Shown: piece after piece, positions 54,436 to 62,950 of the stretch
Position numbering within the stretch: position 1 is the first letter of the stretch
Layout: each line of letters starts with the position of its first letter
Assembly (NCBI GenBank): GCA_045589515.1
Contig: JAZNPH010000050.1
Location: 137,668 to 201,667, forward strand
Direction of reading: 5' to 3'
Source of the DNA: Eubacteriales bacterium
GTDB lineage: Bacteria; Bacillota; Clostridia; Oscillospirales; CAG-382
Length of the DNA stretch: 64,000 nucleotides
The notes under the pieces: model-generated
Told to the model about the DNA's origin: nothing
Databases searched by the model: none
Seen by the model: only the letters and a program-made list of their open reading frames with translations
Translations under genes and position numbers: made by a program

Positions 54436-54590
54436 ATAAGAACCTTTCTTTGAAAAGAAAGGTTCTTATGAAACTCCAAAGAAACTTGAATGCCAAAAAC
54501 TGTCGTTTTTGGAGAAATACATATTGAATACGGGATTCTAAAGGGACGAGTCCCTTTAGCGGAGATTCATAAGAGGCGGCGCCTCTTATG
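54436..54590. repeat. Dispersed four-hairpin intergenic element, copy B
   Basis: Hairpins at 54436-54469, 54493-54512, 54538-54559 and 54568-54590. The order and linkers match copy A (AAACTCCAAAGAAAC, CGGAGATT), with compensatory stem changes. Confidence 0.8.
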
Positions 54591-54593
54591 TGT

Positions 54594-55859
54594 TTAAAAT
54601 AGGAAATCAAATTCTACGTCGTAAATGTTGACGGTGTCACCCTCGTCGATGCCCGCATCCTCCAGGGCTTGGATCACGCCCTTTTCCCGCAAAAACTTCT
54701 GGAAGTACTGCAGGGATTCGTAGCTGTCGAAATCCGTGCGGCCGATGAGCTTCAGCAGCCATTCGCCCTTCACGAAGAAGGTGTTGCCGTTTCTGGTCAC
54801 GTCCACGGAATAATCTTCCTTTTCGGGCTCGGGGGCAATATACTCCGGCTCGTAAATGCGGATGGGAGGGAGCTTGTCCAGCAATGCGGCGGTGGCCTTC
54901 ATCAGCTCGGATACGCCCTCGTCGATCTCACCGGCGATGAGGAACAGCTGCCAGCCCTTTTCTTCTGCAAAGGCCTTGATCTCTTGGTACTTCTCTTCGT
55001 CGTAGCCAAGGTCGATCTTGTTGCCCACCAGAATCTGAGGACGGCTTGCCAGCTCGGGGCTGTATTTTTCCAGCTCCGCGTTGATCTTCTTGATGTCCTC
55101 CAAAGGATCGGGACGTTCCGACCCGGAAATATCAAAGATGTGCAGGATCAACCTGCAACGGTCGATATGCCGCAGGAAATCGTGACCCAGCCCCGCACCC
55201 TCGGAAGCACCCTCAATAAGTCCGGGAATGTCCGCGGCCACAAAGGTCTTGTCGTACACGGAGATCACACCCAAATTGGGAGAAAGGGTGGTGAAATGGT
55301 AGTTGGCCACCTTGGGCCTGGCAGAGCTGATCACGGAAAGCAGGGTGGACTTGCCCACGTTGGGGAATCCTGCAAACCCTACGTCTGCCAGCATTTTCAG
55401 CTCCAGCGTCAGGTTCTTTTCTTCACCGGGAGTGCCCTCCTTGGCAAAACGGGGCACCTGGCGGGTAGCCGTGGCGAAATGGGTGTTTCCCCAGCCGCCT
55501 CTGCCGCCTTTTGCAACCACGAAGCGGTCGCAATCCCCCATGTCCTTGATCACCAAGCCGGTCTCCGCATCGCGGATCACCGTTCCGGGAGGCACGGGGA
55601 TCTCCAGATCCTTGCCGTATTTCCCCATGAACTTCTTTGCGGCACCGTCGGCACCGTTCTCCGCCACGAACTTGCGGCGGTACTTGAAGTCCAGCAGGGT
55701 GTTCTTTCCTTCGTCGGTGACAAAGACGATGCTGCCGCCCTTGCCGCCGTCTCCGCCGTCGGGTCCTCCGTGGGAGACGTATTTTTCTCGGCGGAAGGAC
55801 ACGGCACCGTTGCCGCCCTTGCCCGCCTTGACAAAAATATTTACCTTATCAATAAACAT
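54594..55859 (-). CDS. obg: GTPase Obg/CgtA
   Basis: MFIDKVNIFVKAGKGGNGAVSFRREKY...GGPDGGDGGKGG..., G1 GFPNVGKST, and a C-terminal OCT/TGS-like domain. Confidence 0.95.
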   Translation of the reverse strand: MFIDKVNIFVKAGKGGNGAVSFRREKYVSHGGPDGGDGGKGGSIVFVTDEGKNTLLDFKYRRKFVAENGADGAAKKFMGKYGKDLEIPVPPGTVIRDAETGLVIKDMGDCDRFVVAKGGRGGWGNTHFATATRQVPRFAKEGTPGEEKNLTLELKMLADVGFAGFPNVGKSTLLSVISSARPKVANYHFTTLSPNLGVISVYDKTFVAADIPGLIEGASEGAGLGHDFLRHIDRCRLILHIFDISGSERPDPLEDIKKINAELEKYSPELASRPQILVGNKIDLGYDEEKYQEIKAFAEEKGWQLFLIAGEIDEGVSELMKATAALLDKLPPIRIYEPEYIAPEPEKEDYSVDVTRNGNTFFVKGEWLLKLIGRTDFDSYESLQYFQKFLREKGVIQALEDAGIDEGDTVNIYDVEFDFLF

Positions 55860-55899
55860 ATCGATCCCTCGATTCATGCCCCCGTGGGCATATCGTGAT

Positions 55900-55937
55900 G
55901 AAAAAAGCCCTTTCAGTCTGCTACGATTGAAAGGGCT
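55900..55937 (-). terminator. Intrinsic terminator between rpmA and obg
   Basis: AGCCCTTTCA/TGAAAGGGCT 10-bp stem, followed on the minus strand by TTTTTT. Confidence 0.6.
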
Positions 55938-55974
55938 GTTCTTCGTTCTTTTTTCGTAAAACCGTTTTTAGGAA

Positions 55975-56262
55975 TTACTGTGCGTCGGCAGAGAGAACGG
56001 AAACGCTCTTTCTTCCGCCTGCGATGGGCTTGAATTTGACAACGCCGTCAACCAGAGCAAACAGGGTGTCATCAGAGCCACGACCTACGCCTTCACCCGG
56101 ATGGATGGAGGTGCCGCGCTGGCGAACGATGATGTTGCCGGCGATAACGGACTGGCCGTCCTGCTTCTTCACGCCAAGTCTCTTGGATTCGCTGTCACGG
56201 CCGTTCTTGGTAGAACCAACGCCTTTTTTATGAGCAAAGAACTGCAAAGACAATCTAAGCAT
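55975..56262 (-). CDS. rpmA: 50S ribosomal protein L27 with an N-terminal propeptide
   Basis: MLRLSLQFF|[23 protein letters not shown].... The 9-aa extension before AHKKG is typical of Prp-processed L27. Confidence 0.95.
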   Translation of the reverse strand: MLRLSLQFFAHKKGVGSTKNGRDSESKRLGVKKQDGQSVIAGNIIVRQRGTSIHPGEGVGRGSDDTLFALVDGVVKFKPIAGGRKSVSVLSADAQ

Positions 56263-56275
56263 GATTACGTACTCC

Positions 56276-56584
56276 TTACTTTGAATTTTTTTGCACCCGC
56301 ACGTATGTCGGGTACTGCTTTTGTAGCTGCCTCAGCTCTTCGTAGAAGACGGAGATCAGCTTGCTGGCTTCCTCGCAGGGCTTGCACAAATGGTAGGAGA
56401 CCTGTGCCTCCTCACCCTCGGCAGAAACCTCTGCCTCTGCACCGAAGGCTTCTGCGCCGTTAACCACGAAATTGGTCATGGCACTCACCGCGGCACAGAC
56501 GATATCCTCGCCCGCCTCGGCATAGCCTGCGTGCCCCGAAAGGGAAAACCCGGAAAAATCGCGATCAAAGGTGGCTCGGATCAT
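56276..56584 (-). CDS. prp: Ribosomal-processing cysteine protease Prp
   Basis: 102 aa between rplU and rpmA. ...[19 protein letters not shown]... contains the conserved His/Cys dyad context. Confidence 0.85.
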   Translation of the reverse strand: MIRATFDRDFSGFSLSGHAGYAEAGEDIVCAAVSAMTNFVVNGAEAFGAEAEVSAEGEEAQVSYHLCKPCEEASKLISVFYEELRQLQKQYPTYVRVQKNSK

Positions 56585-56590
56585 AAGATC

Positions 56591-56902
56591 TTAACCGTTG
56601 ATAGCAACGATCTGCAACTTGGTGTAGGGCTGTCTGTGACCGAGATGTCTCTTCTCGTTCTTCTTGGGCTTGTAAGTCATTACGTGGATCTTCTTGCCCT
56701 TGCCGTTCTTAACCACAGTTGCGGTAACGGTTGCGCCTTCCACAACGGGAGCGCCAACCTTAAAGCCGTCTGCGCCGGAAACAGCCAGAACCTGGTCGAA
56801 GGTGTAGGTGGTGCCTTCCTCAACGCCCAGCTTTTCAACGAAGATGATATCACCCTCGGAAACCTTGTACTGCTTACCGCCGGTCTGAATTACTGCGTAC
56901 AT
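56591..56902 (-). CDS. rplU: 50S ribosomal protein L21
   Basis: [25 protein letters not shown]...[19 protein letters not shown]... Confidence 0.95.
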   Translation of the reverse strand: MYAVIQTGGKQYKVSEGDIIFVEKLGVEEGTTYTFDQVLAVSGADGFKVGAPVVEGATVTATVVKNGKGKKIHVMTYKPKKNEKRHLGHRQPYTKLQIVAING

Positions 56903-57003
56903 TCCAATATAACCTCACTTTCCGTAAGTCTCGCTACCTGAGAGGCACGTGCCCATGAGTTATCGCCAAAAAGCACGATTTGAAAAGCCCCATATATGCG
57001 GCA
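56903..57003 (-). promoter_or_regulatory. rplU 5' leader, a candidate L21-type ribosomal-protein leader
   Basis: About 100-nt untranslated leader between the promoter and the rplU ATG. It contains the palindromic GGCACGTGCC hairpin. The motif identity was not verified. Confidence 0.25.
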
Positions 57004-57009
57004 ATGGTT

Positions 57010-57038
57010 ATCATACCACACTTCCCGCTATTTGTCAA
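57010..57038 (-). promoter_or_regulatory. Sigma-A-type promoter of rplU-prp-rpmA
   Basis: On the minus strand, TTGACA-17 nt-TATGAT with a TGn extended -10. Confidence 0.6.
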
Positions 57039-57094
57039 TAGGATTTTGTACTTTTTCCTAAAAAAATCACGGCTGATTTGTATACAATGCCGAG

Positions 57095-57124
57095 TTGACA
57101 TAATGCAAGGGACTGTGGTATACT
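57095..57124 (+). promoter_or_regulatory. Sigma-A-type promoter of the GH25 hydrolase gene
   Basis: TTGACA-18 nt-TATACT with a TGn extended -10. Confidence 0.5.
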
Positions 57125-57153
57125 GAATTGATCGTAACAGGAGGCGAAAGAGG

Positions 57154-59298
57154 ATGAAAAAGAGGATATTCGCGTGCATTTTTTTGGTTATAGTGTTGCT
57201 TGCGGCCATGCCCTTGACCGCTTTTGCTTACGGACACAGCGCCACTACCCCCTTGCCCGACGGGGCATATAAGTCCTGGTCTCAAGAGGATCCCCGTTGG
57301 ACGGATGTTAAGATCGGGGTTGATCCTTGGACGGATTCTCAGGGCAAGCGTCACGAGGACGAGACCATCGGCCACGCGGGCTGTCTCATCAGCTCCATGG
57401 CTATCCTCGCCCGTGCTTATGGCCTGACGCTGGCAGACGGCACCGCCATCGATCCCGGCACGTTGGGAAAGGCGATGTACGACGACGGCAGCTGCAAGTA
57501 TGTGAATTACAAGGGCGCTTCCAAGTACGAAACGGCCTTTGATATCCTGATCCCCGGGGTGAAGTTCTACAAGACCATGTTCCCCTCCAACCCCGTTTCC
57601 ACCATCCGTACCCTGCTTTCCGACCCGGATAAGGAGTATATCATCATTGCCGCGGTGAAGAACGGCGGGCATTACGTAGCGGTGGACTGCGTGGTGGACG
57701 GCGATGTGGCGATCTGTGACACGGGCTATCCAAAGACCCGACTTTCGGAATATACTGTCCTCTGTCTGCTGGTGTATACCGTGGACGAGGAATACGTGCA
57801 ACAGCCTGTTCAGCCCTCCGGCGCACCCATTTGGCTGGTGACGGAGGCATCGGGTATCAAGATCCGTTCCGGTCCCGGGCTGGATTACGACCGTGTGGGG
57901 GCATATAAGGTAAACACCGAGATCGAAGTGACCGAGACGGTGGAGGCCGACGGCTACCTGTGGGGCAAGACGGAAAAGGGCTGGTGCGCCCTCCGTGCTT
58001 TGGACGGCTCCGATGAATTCTGCAAATGTCTGACGGTAATCAAATATCCCGTTTCCTACCATCTTGCAGGGGGCAGCGACGGGCCTGACGCTCAAGAAAA
58101 GACAGCGGGTGAGCCCCTTACCCTTTCCGATGTGATCCCCAAGAAGGAGGGACACCGCTTCCTGGGCTGGTCTGCAGACCCATCTGCCATTTCCGCTACC
58201 TACGCCCCCGGCGCTACGTATGGGGTGGACGAGCCCTTGACCTTGTACGCCGTCTGGATGGAGGAAAAGGCGATCTACGCCTATGGGATCGACGTATCCT
58301 CCCATCAGAAAGCGGTGGATTGGCAGGCGGTGGCCGACAGCGGGATCCGTTTCGTGCTCCTCCGCGCAGGCACCTCCAACGGAAAAGATACGAATTTCGA
58401 GGCAAATTACGAAGGAGCCAAGGCCGCAGGGCTTTTGGTGGGCAGCTATTTCTTCACTTACGCCGTGACGGAGGAGGAAATGCTGGCCGATGCAAAGCTG
58501 TTCGAGGAATGGCTTGCAGGCAAGGAGTTTGAGCTTCCCGTTTACGTGGACGTGGAGACGGAGGAGCAAAGCAAGCTTCCCGCAGGGGAGCTGACCCGCC
58601 TGACACAGGTGTTCCGCACCTATATCCTGGATGCGGGCTATTACTGCGGTGTTTACGCCAGCTACAATTGGTTCGATTGGTTCCTGGATAAGGATGCCTT
58701 CGGCGGCAAGGAATCCCTCTGGATGGCAAAATGGTCTTCCAGCGGTACTCTTTCCCAGAACCTCAGCGGCGATTGCGGGATGTATCAGTATTCCGAGACG
58801 GGCTCCGTCCCCGGTATTTCCACCACGGTGGATCTCAACGTGTGCTACGCCGATCTTCCTGCCATTGTGGCAGAGTATGATGAGCATATCAAAAACAACG
58901 TTTCTCCCTTGCCGGATTCAGGGCTGACCATCTACGATGACATCCTCACAGGCGGCAGAGAGCGGATGACCGTGGCGGAATGGAAGCTGTTGTTCGACGG
59001 GGAAGTGACCTTCACCGACGGCATGGGGAACACCCTGGCAGATAACGCCGTGGTGTCCACGGGAGACACTGTCCTTTGCGGCGAGACTGTCTACACCGTT
59101 GCCGTGAAGGGCGACCTTGACGGGGACGGAAGAGTGACCGCGGCGGACTACATGCTGACCAAGATGTACGTTATGGGACGGTATCGCCTCACCCCGGAGG
59201 CCTACTACGCCGCTCTGGTCCAAGGGGACAGGGTGAACAGCGTAAGCTACGTGATGATCAAGCGCCACGTGCTCGGGACTTATTCTCTCTATAAATAA
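57154..59298 (+). CDS. Secreted multidomain cell-wall hydrolase: papain/C39-like peptidase domain, SH3b, Listeria-Bacteroides repeat, GH25 muramidase and a dockerin-like module
   Basis: Signal peptide. ...GHAGCLISSMAIL...GGHYVAVD... is a Cys/His pair. YPVSYHLAGG...GHRFLGWSADP...LYAVW is an InlB-type repeat. YGIDVSSHQKAVDWQAV...GSYFFTYA is GH25. The C-terminus is GDLDGDGRVTAADYMLTKMY...YVMIKRHVLG. Confidence 0.85.
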   Translation: MKKRIFACIFLVIVLLAAMPLTAFAYGHSATTPLPDGAYKSWSQEDPRWTDVKIGVDPWTDSQGKRHEDETIGHAGCLISSMAILARAYGLTLADGTAIDPGTLGKAMYDDGSCKYVNYKGASKYETAFDILIPGVKFYKTMFPSNPVSTIRTLLSDPDKEYIIIAAVKNGGHYVAVDCVVDGDVAICDTGYPKTRLSEYTVLCLLVYTVDEEYVQQPVQPSGAPIWLVTEASGIKIRSGPGLDYDRVGAYKVNTEIEVTETVEADGYLWGKTEKGWCALRALDGSDEFCKCLTVIKYPVSYHLAGGSDGPDAQEKTAGEPLTLSDVIPKKEGHRFLGWSADPSAISATYAPGATYGVDEPLTLYAVWMEEKAIYAYGIDVSSHQKAVDWQAVADSGIRFVLLRAGTSNGKDTNFEANYEGAKAAGLLVGSYFFTYAVTEEEMLADAKLFEEWLAGKEFELPVYVDVETEEQSKLPAGELTRLTQVFRTYILDAGYYCGVYASYNWFDWFLDKDAFGGKESLWMAKWSSSGTLSQNLSGDCGMYQYSETGSVPGISTTVDLNVCYADLPAIVAEYDEHIKNNVSPLPDSGLTIYDDILTGGRERMTVAEWKLLFDGEVTFTDGMGNTLADNAVVSTGDTVLCGETVYTVAVKGDLDGDGRVTAADYMLTKMYVMGRYRLTPEAYYAALVQGDRVNSVSYVMIKRHVLGTYSLYK

Positions 59299-59305
59299 AC
59301 GAAAA

Positions 59306-59341
59306 AACGGACTTTTACCCGGCGGGCAAAAGTCCGTTTTG
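59306..59341. terminator. Bidirectional terminator between convergent genes
   Basis: AACGGACTTTT/AAAAGTCCGTT 11-bp stem. Confidence 0.7.
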
Positions 59342-59548
59342 CTATCTGTTGATCTGGGGATTGTCCGTGCGTTCCAGAAGGTAATCTACCGAGACGTCAA
59401 AAAAGTCTGCAATCCGAATGAGCATGGCGTAATTCGTCTCACGTTCTCCCGTTTCGTAACGGCTGATGGTGTGCTGGGAAACGGAAAGCTCCATGGCCAG
59501 CCGCACCTGGGAGATCCCCCGCTCTTTGCGTAATTGCTTCAACCGCAT
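59342..59548 (-). CDS. Small XRE-family HTH transcriptional regulator
   Basis: MRLKQLRKERGISQVRLAMELSVSQHTISRYETGERETNYAMLIRIADFFDVSVDYLL, 68 aa. Confidence 0.8.
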   Translation of the reverse strand: MRLKQLRKERGISQVRLAMELSVSQHTISRYETGERETNYAMLIRIADFFDVSVDYLLERTDNPQINR

Positions 59549-59613
59549 ACAAGCTCCTCCTGCATTTTTTTAGCATACCTCTTAACAATAGTATAACAAT
59601 ATGGTATGACAAA

Positions 59614-59634
59614 TATATCCCAATATGGGATATA
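59614..59634. promoter_or_regulatory. Perfect 9-3-9 palindrome, a candidate operator of the adjacent XRE repressor
   Basis: TATATCCCA-ATA-TGGGATATA, 66 nt upstream of the XRE start on the minus strand. Confidence 0.4.
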
Positions 59635-59791
59635 AAAGGCAAGAGAAAAGCCGCAAGAAAGCGGCTGATTCTCTATCTTTTTATCTTCGCAATGAAAAGT
59701 TTTTGAAGATTTTCAAGAAACTTTTTTCAAAAAGTTTCTTGAATGGGGCTTGGGGCAACGCCCCACCATCGCCCCCTCCTTCTTGTCGCCC

Positions 59792-60568
59792 TTACACAGC
59801 GGCGACGGTCTTGTTCTTCAACCGCAGATTGTCGGCGATCATGGCGATGAACTCGGAGTTGGTGGGCTTCCCGCGGGAGTTCTGCACCGTGTACCCGAAG
59901 AAGCTGTTGAGCACGTCCAGATCGCCCCGATCCCAAGCCACCTCAATGGCGTGGCGAATGGCACGTTCCACCCGTGAGGAGGTGGTACCGTAGGACTTGG
60001 CAACGGAGGGATAAAGGATCTTGGTCACGGAGTTGATCACATCGGTGTTCTCCACCACCATGATGATGGCGGTGCGGAGATATTGATACCCCTTGATGTG
60101 GGCAGGCACACCGATCTGATGGATGATCTTGGTGACTTGCGCCTCCAGATCGCTGTCCTCGCGGGAGGGAAGATGTCCGCCAATACGGGGCTTTCCTTTT
60201 TCGCCGATGCGGCGGATGCGGTCGCCTAAGGTGTTGTAGTCCAAGGGCACCAGCATACAGTAGGCCGCCCCTGCCTCCACGCATTCCTCAAATACCCCGG
60301 GATTGTGGAAGGAGGAGATCATGATGAAGGCTGGGTAAGCATCCCCCAACTGCTTTTTGGATTCCCGGATCAACCCCACACCGTCGATCTTCCCTAGGTG
60401 CATATCCGAGATCACCACCCCGGGCTTCAAGCGGGTGATCTTCACAAGGGCATCCTGCCCGTCGGCGGCCTCGCCGATGACGTTGATCCCCTGACGGCGG
60501 AGGATCTGTGTACATTGGGTACGCAACTCGTCGTTGCCTTCTGCGATCAATACTCTGACTTTTTCCAT
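59792..60568 (-). CDS. spo0A: Sporulation master regulator Spo0A, with an atypical receiver pocket
   Basis: The C-terminal effector domain is near-canonical (...[21 protein letters not shown]...[15 protein letters not shown]...[17 protein letters not shown]). The receiver has E10-G11 instead of DD and V107 instead of the conserved Lys. Confidence 0.9.
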   Translation of the reverse strand: MEKVRVLIAEGNDELRTQCTQILRRQGINVIGEAADGQDALVKITRLKPGVVISDMHLGKIDGVGLIRESKKQLGDAYPAFIMISSFHNPGVFEECVEAGAAYCMLVPLDYNTLGDRIRRIGEKGKPRIGGHLPSREDSDLEAQVTKIIHQIGVPAHIKGYQYLRTAIIMVVENTDVINSVTKILYPSVAKSYGTTSSRVERAIRHAIEVAWDRGDLDVLNSFFGYTVQNSRGKPTNSEFIAMIADNLRLKNKTVAAV

Positions 60569-60765
60569 GACCTGTATGTTTCTCCTTCAAGATAAGATTT
60601 GTTGATGGGTATATTCTACCATTTTCCAAGCGGAAATTCAATATTTTGACCCTAAAAAAACCACGCAAAAAGGCAACTTTCGTATCCTAATAATCGACAC
60701 TCCCGGTCGAAAACGGCGGTTCTTCCTGTATAATTTCCCGATTTCGACGGCAAAAAATGACAATT

Positions 60766-60782
60766 TGTCGAATTTTGTCGAA
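60766..60782 (+). promoter_or_regulatory. Two tandem consensus Spo0A boxes (TGTCGAA) 10 bp apart
   Basis: TGTCGAA at 60766-60772 and 60776-60782. Related half-sites are GGTCGAA (60705-60711) and TTCGACG (60743-60749). They lie in the spo0A / DUF4430-gene divergent intergenic region. Confidence 0.45.
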
Positions 60783-61001
60783 ACGGATCAAAAAAAGAAA
60801 AGACCGAGGTAGGGGGCGTTTTCCCCCATGTCCATGACGGAAAGGTTTTTTATCCATCATATTTCCCTTATATACACAATTTTTCCCAAAAATAACGGTA
60901 GAATTGTTGCAGATTTTTGCCGAAACGCCGTTGACAAAGGGAAGGGAAAATGCTATACTGCTACACGGAAAAACAAGAGAATCTTTTGGAGTTTTAGAAG
61001 T

Positions 61002-61823
61002 ATGAGCAAACGTTTTTTGATTTGCCTTCTTTTTTTGTGTGTAGCGGTAGGCTGTGTTTCCGTTTCCGCACTGGCAGAGGAGGAGAGTGAACAAGAATCC
61101 GTATACGTGTTCGTCACCCTTGCAGACGGCAAGGGACAGACGGTTCTGGCCCATGAAGAGGTCACCGTGGAGGATACCGACGGTGACGGCGTTCTCACCA
61201 TCCACGACGCATTGACCTGTGCCCACGCACAGAAGTATACCGGAGAAGGGGATGGCTACTGTGCAGAGAGCACGGAATTCGGTCTTTCCATGACCAAGCT
61301 TTGGGGCTGTGAAAACGGCGGTAGCTACGGCTACTACCTGAATAACCAATCTCCCCAAAGCCTTGCCGACCCCATTCGGAAGGGAGATTCCGTCCACGCC
61401 TTCGTGTATACCGATCTCACCGCCTGGTCGGATACCTATTGTTATTTTGATCAAGAGCACGTGGCTGTCTCCGGGGACGGTTCCTTGACCCTCACCCTGT
61501 ACGCCATTGGCTACGATGCCGATTGGAACCCTGTTTCCCTTCCCGTGGCCGGGGCATCCATTACCATCGACGGAAAAGCCACCCCTTACGTCACCGACGA
61601 GGAGGGGAAGGTCACCCTCACCTTTGACGGCGCAGGCTATTGCGTGGTCAGCGCGGTGAAGGAGGGGGGGAACCTGGTGCCTCCCGTGTGTGCCGTGGCC
61701 GTGAGTAGCGGCAGTGCGGATGCAGGGGACCGCGGCGCGTTGCTTCCTTGGATCGGGTTGGGCCTGGCCGCCTTGGTGGCGATCCTTCCCTTGGGGAAGC
61801 GTTTCAAGCATGAAAAGCTGTAA
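61002..61823 (+). CDS. Secreted/membrane-anchored DUF4430-like protein
   Basis: Signal peptide MSKRFLICLLFLCVAVGCVSVSALA, two beta-rich repeats (...GYYLNNQSPQSLADPIRKGDSVHAFVY...) and a C-terminal TM anchor. ATG at 61002. Confidence 0.6.
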   Translation: MSKRFLICLLFLCVAVGCVSVSALAEEESEQESVYVFVTLADGKGQTVLAHEEVTVEDTDGDGVLTIHDALTCAHAQKYTGEGDGYCAESTEFGLSMTKLWGCENGGSYGYYLNNQSPQSLADPIRKGDSVHAFVYTDLTAWSDTYCYFDQEHVAVSGDGSLTLTLYAIGYDADWNPVSLPVAGASITIDGKATPYVTDEEGKVTLTFDGAGYCVVSAVKEGGNLVPPVCAVAVSSGSADAGDRGALLPWIGLGLAALVAILPLGKRFKHEKL

Positions 61824-62913
61824 GCCGCTCTGCGCCCTTCTGCTTGCAATCGCCTTGACGGCGCTTACCCTTCTGCCCGTTTCCGCATCGGAGGAGGAAA
61901 ATCTTTCCACTCTGCTGATGGGAGAGGATCTTAACGCCTACGCCCAGCAGACCTTGCCTTCCTTGGCAGGGGAAGGGGGCGAATGGCTTGCCCTCTATCT
62001 TGCACTGCAGGAGGAAGCATACGATCTTTCGGAATACGCTGCCGCTCTGGCGGCGTATTTTTCCTCGGAGCATAGGCTGAACCCCGTGGAACGTCAGCGG
62101 TGCGCCTTGGCGTGGCTGGCGGCAGGGGGAAGCAGGGAGACCGCCGCAGAGATGGCGAAGGATTCCATAGGCTCTCAGGGGATCATGAGCTGGATCTTCG
62201 GTCTGCACCTGTTGCACAACGGGGTGGAGATGGAAGGATATACCACCGCTTCCGTGGCGGATACTCTGGTGTCCTTACAGCTTGCCGACGGGGGCTTTGC
62301 CCTCAGCGGGCAGTACGCCGACGTGGACGTGACTGCCATGGCACTGCAAGCCTTGGCGCCTGTCAAGGAAGACTACGCCGCTACCATCGAAAAAGGCATC
62401 GCTTGCCTCGCCTCCAAGCAACAGCCCGACGGCGGGTTCAAAAGCTACGGCGTTTCCAACCCGGAAAGCGTGGCGCAAGTGGTGATCGCCCTGACGGCTC
62501 TCGGCGTCGACCCCCGCACCGATGCACGGTTCTCGGGAGACATGACCGAAGCTTGGAAGCAGTTCCGCCTGGAGGACGGAAGCTATTCCCATATTGCAGG
62601 GGGCAAACGGAACGAAAACGCCTGCACCCAAGTGCTGTTGGCTTTGGCGGCCCTTTCCCGCTTTGACGCAGGGAAGGGAAGTCTGTATTTGTTAGATACA
62701 CCTTCGGAAGAACTGCCCGAGATCAGCTTCCCCGAGGAATCCTCCAAAGAGGAGAGCATCCCCGAGGAATCTTCCAAGGAAGAAAGCTCCTCACTGCCTC
62801 CCGCACCTACCGAGGAGGATGGAATGTCCTTCCCACGCAAGGTCGTCCTAACCGTGTCCATCTTGCTGGCGGTGGCAAGCCTTGTGTATCTGTTGATTCC
62901 TAAACGAAAATAA
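61810..62913 (+). CDS. Prenyltransferase/squalene-oxidase-repeat (terpenoid-cyclase-fold) surface protein with a C-terminal TM anchor
   Basis: Repeated ...LADGGFALSG..., ...QQPDGGFKSYG... and ...LEDGSYSH... motifs, plus a signal peptide. It overlaps the upstream gene by 14 nt. Confidence 0.7.
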   Translation: MKSCKPLCALLLAIALTALTLLPVSASEEENLSTLLMGEDLNAYAQQTLPSLAGEGGEWLALYLALQEEAYDLSEYAAALAAYFSSEHRLNPVERQRCALAWLAAGGSRETAAEMAKDSIGSQGIMSWIFGLHLLHNGVEMEGYTTASVADTLVSLQLADGGFALSGQYADVDVTAMALQALAPVKEDYAATIEKGIACLASKQQPDGGFKSYGVSNPESVAQVVIALTALGVDPRTDARFSGDMTEAWKQFRLEDGSYSHIAGGKRNENACTQVLLALAALSRFDAGKGSLYLLDTPSEELPEISFPEESSKEESIPEESSKEESSSLPPAPTEEDGMSFPRKVVLTVSILLAVASLVYLLIPKRK

Positions 62914-62918
62914 ACAAG

Positions 62919-62949
62919 ACGCGTGTTTCAACGAGAAGCACGCGTTTTT
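62919..62949. terminator. Bidirectional terminator between convergent genes
   Basis: ACGCGTG/CACGCGT stem followed by TTTTT. Confidence 0.55.
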
Positions 62950-62950
62950 C

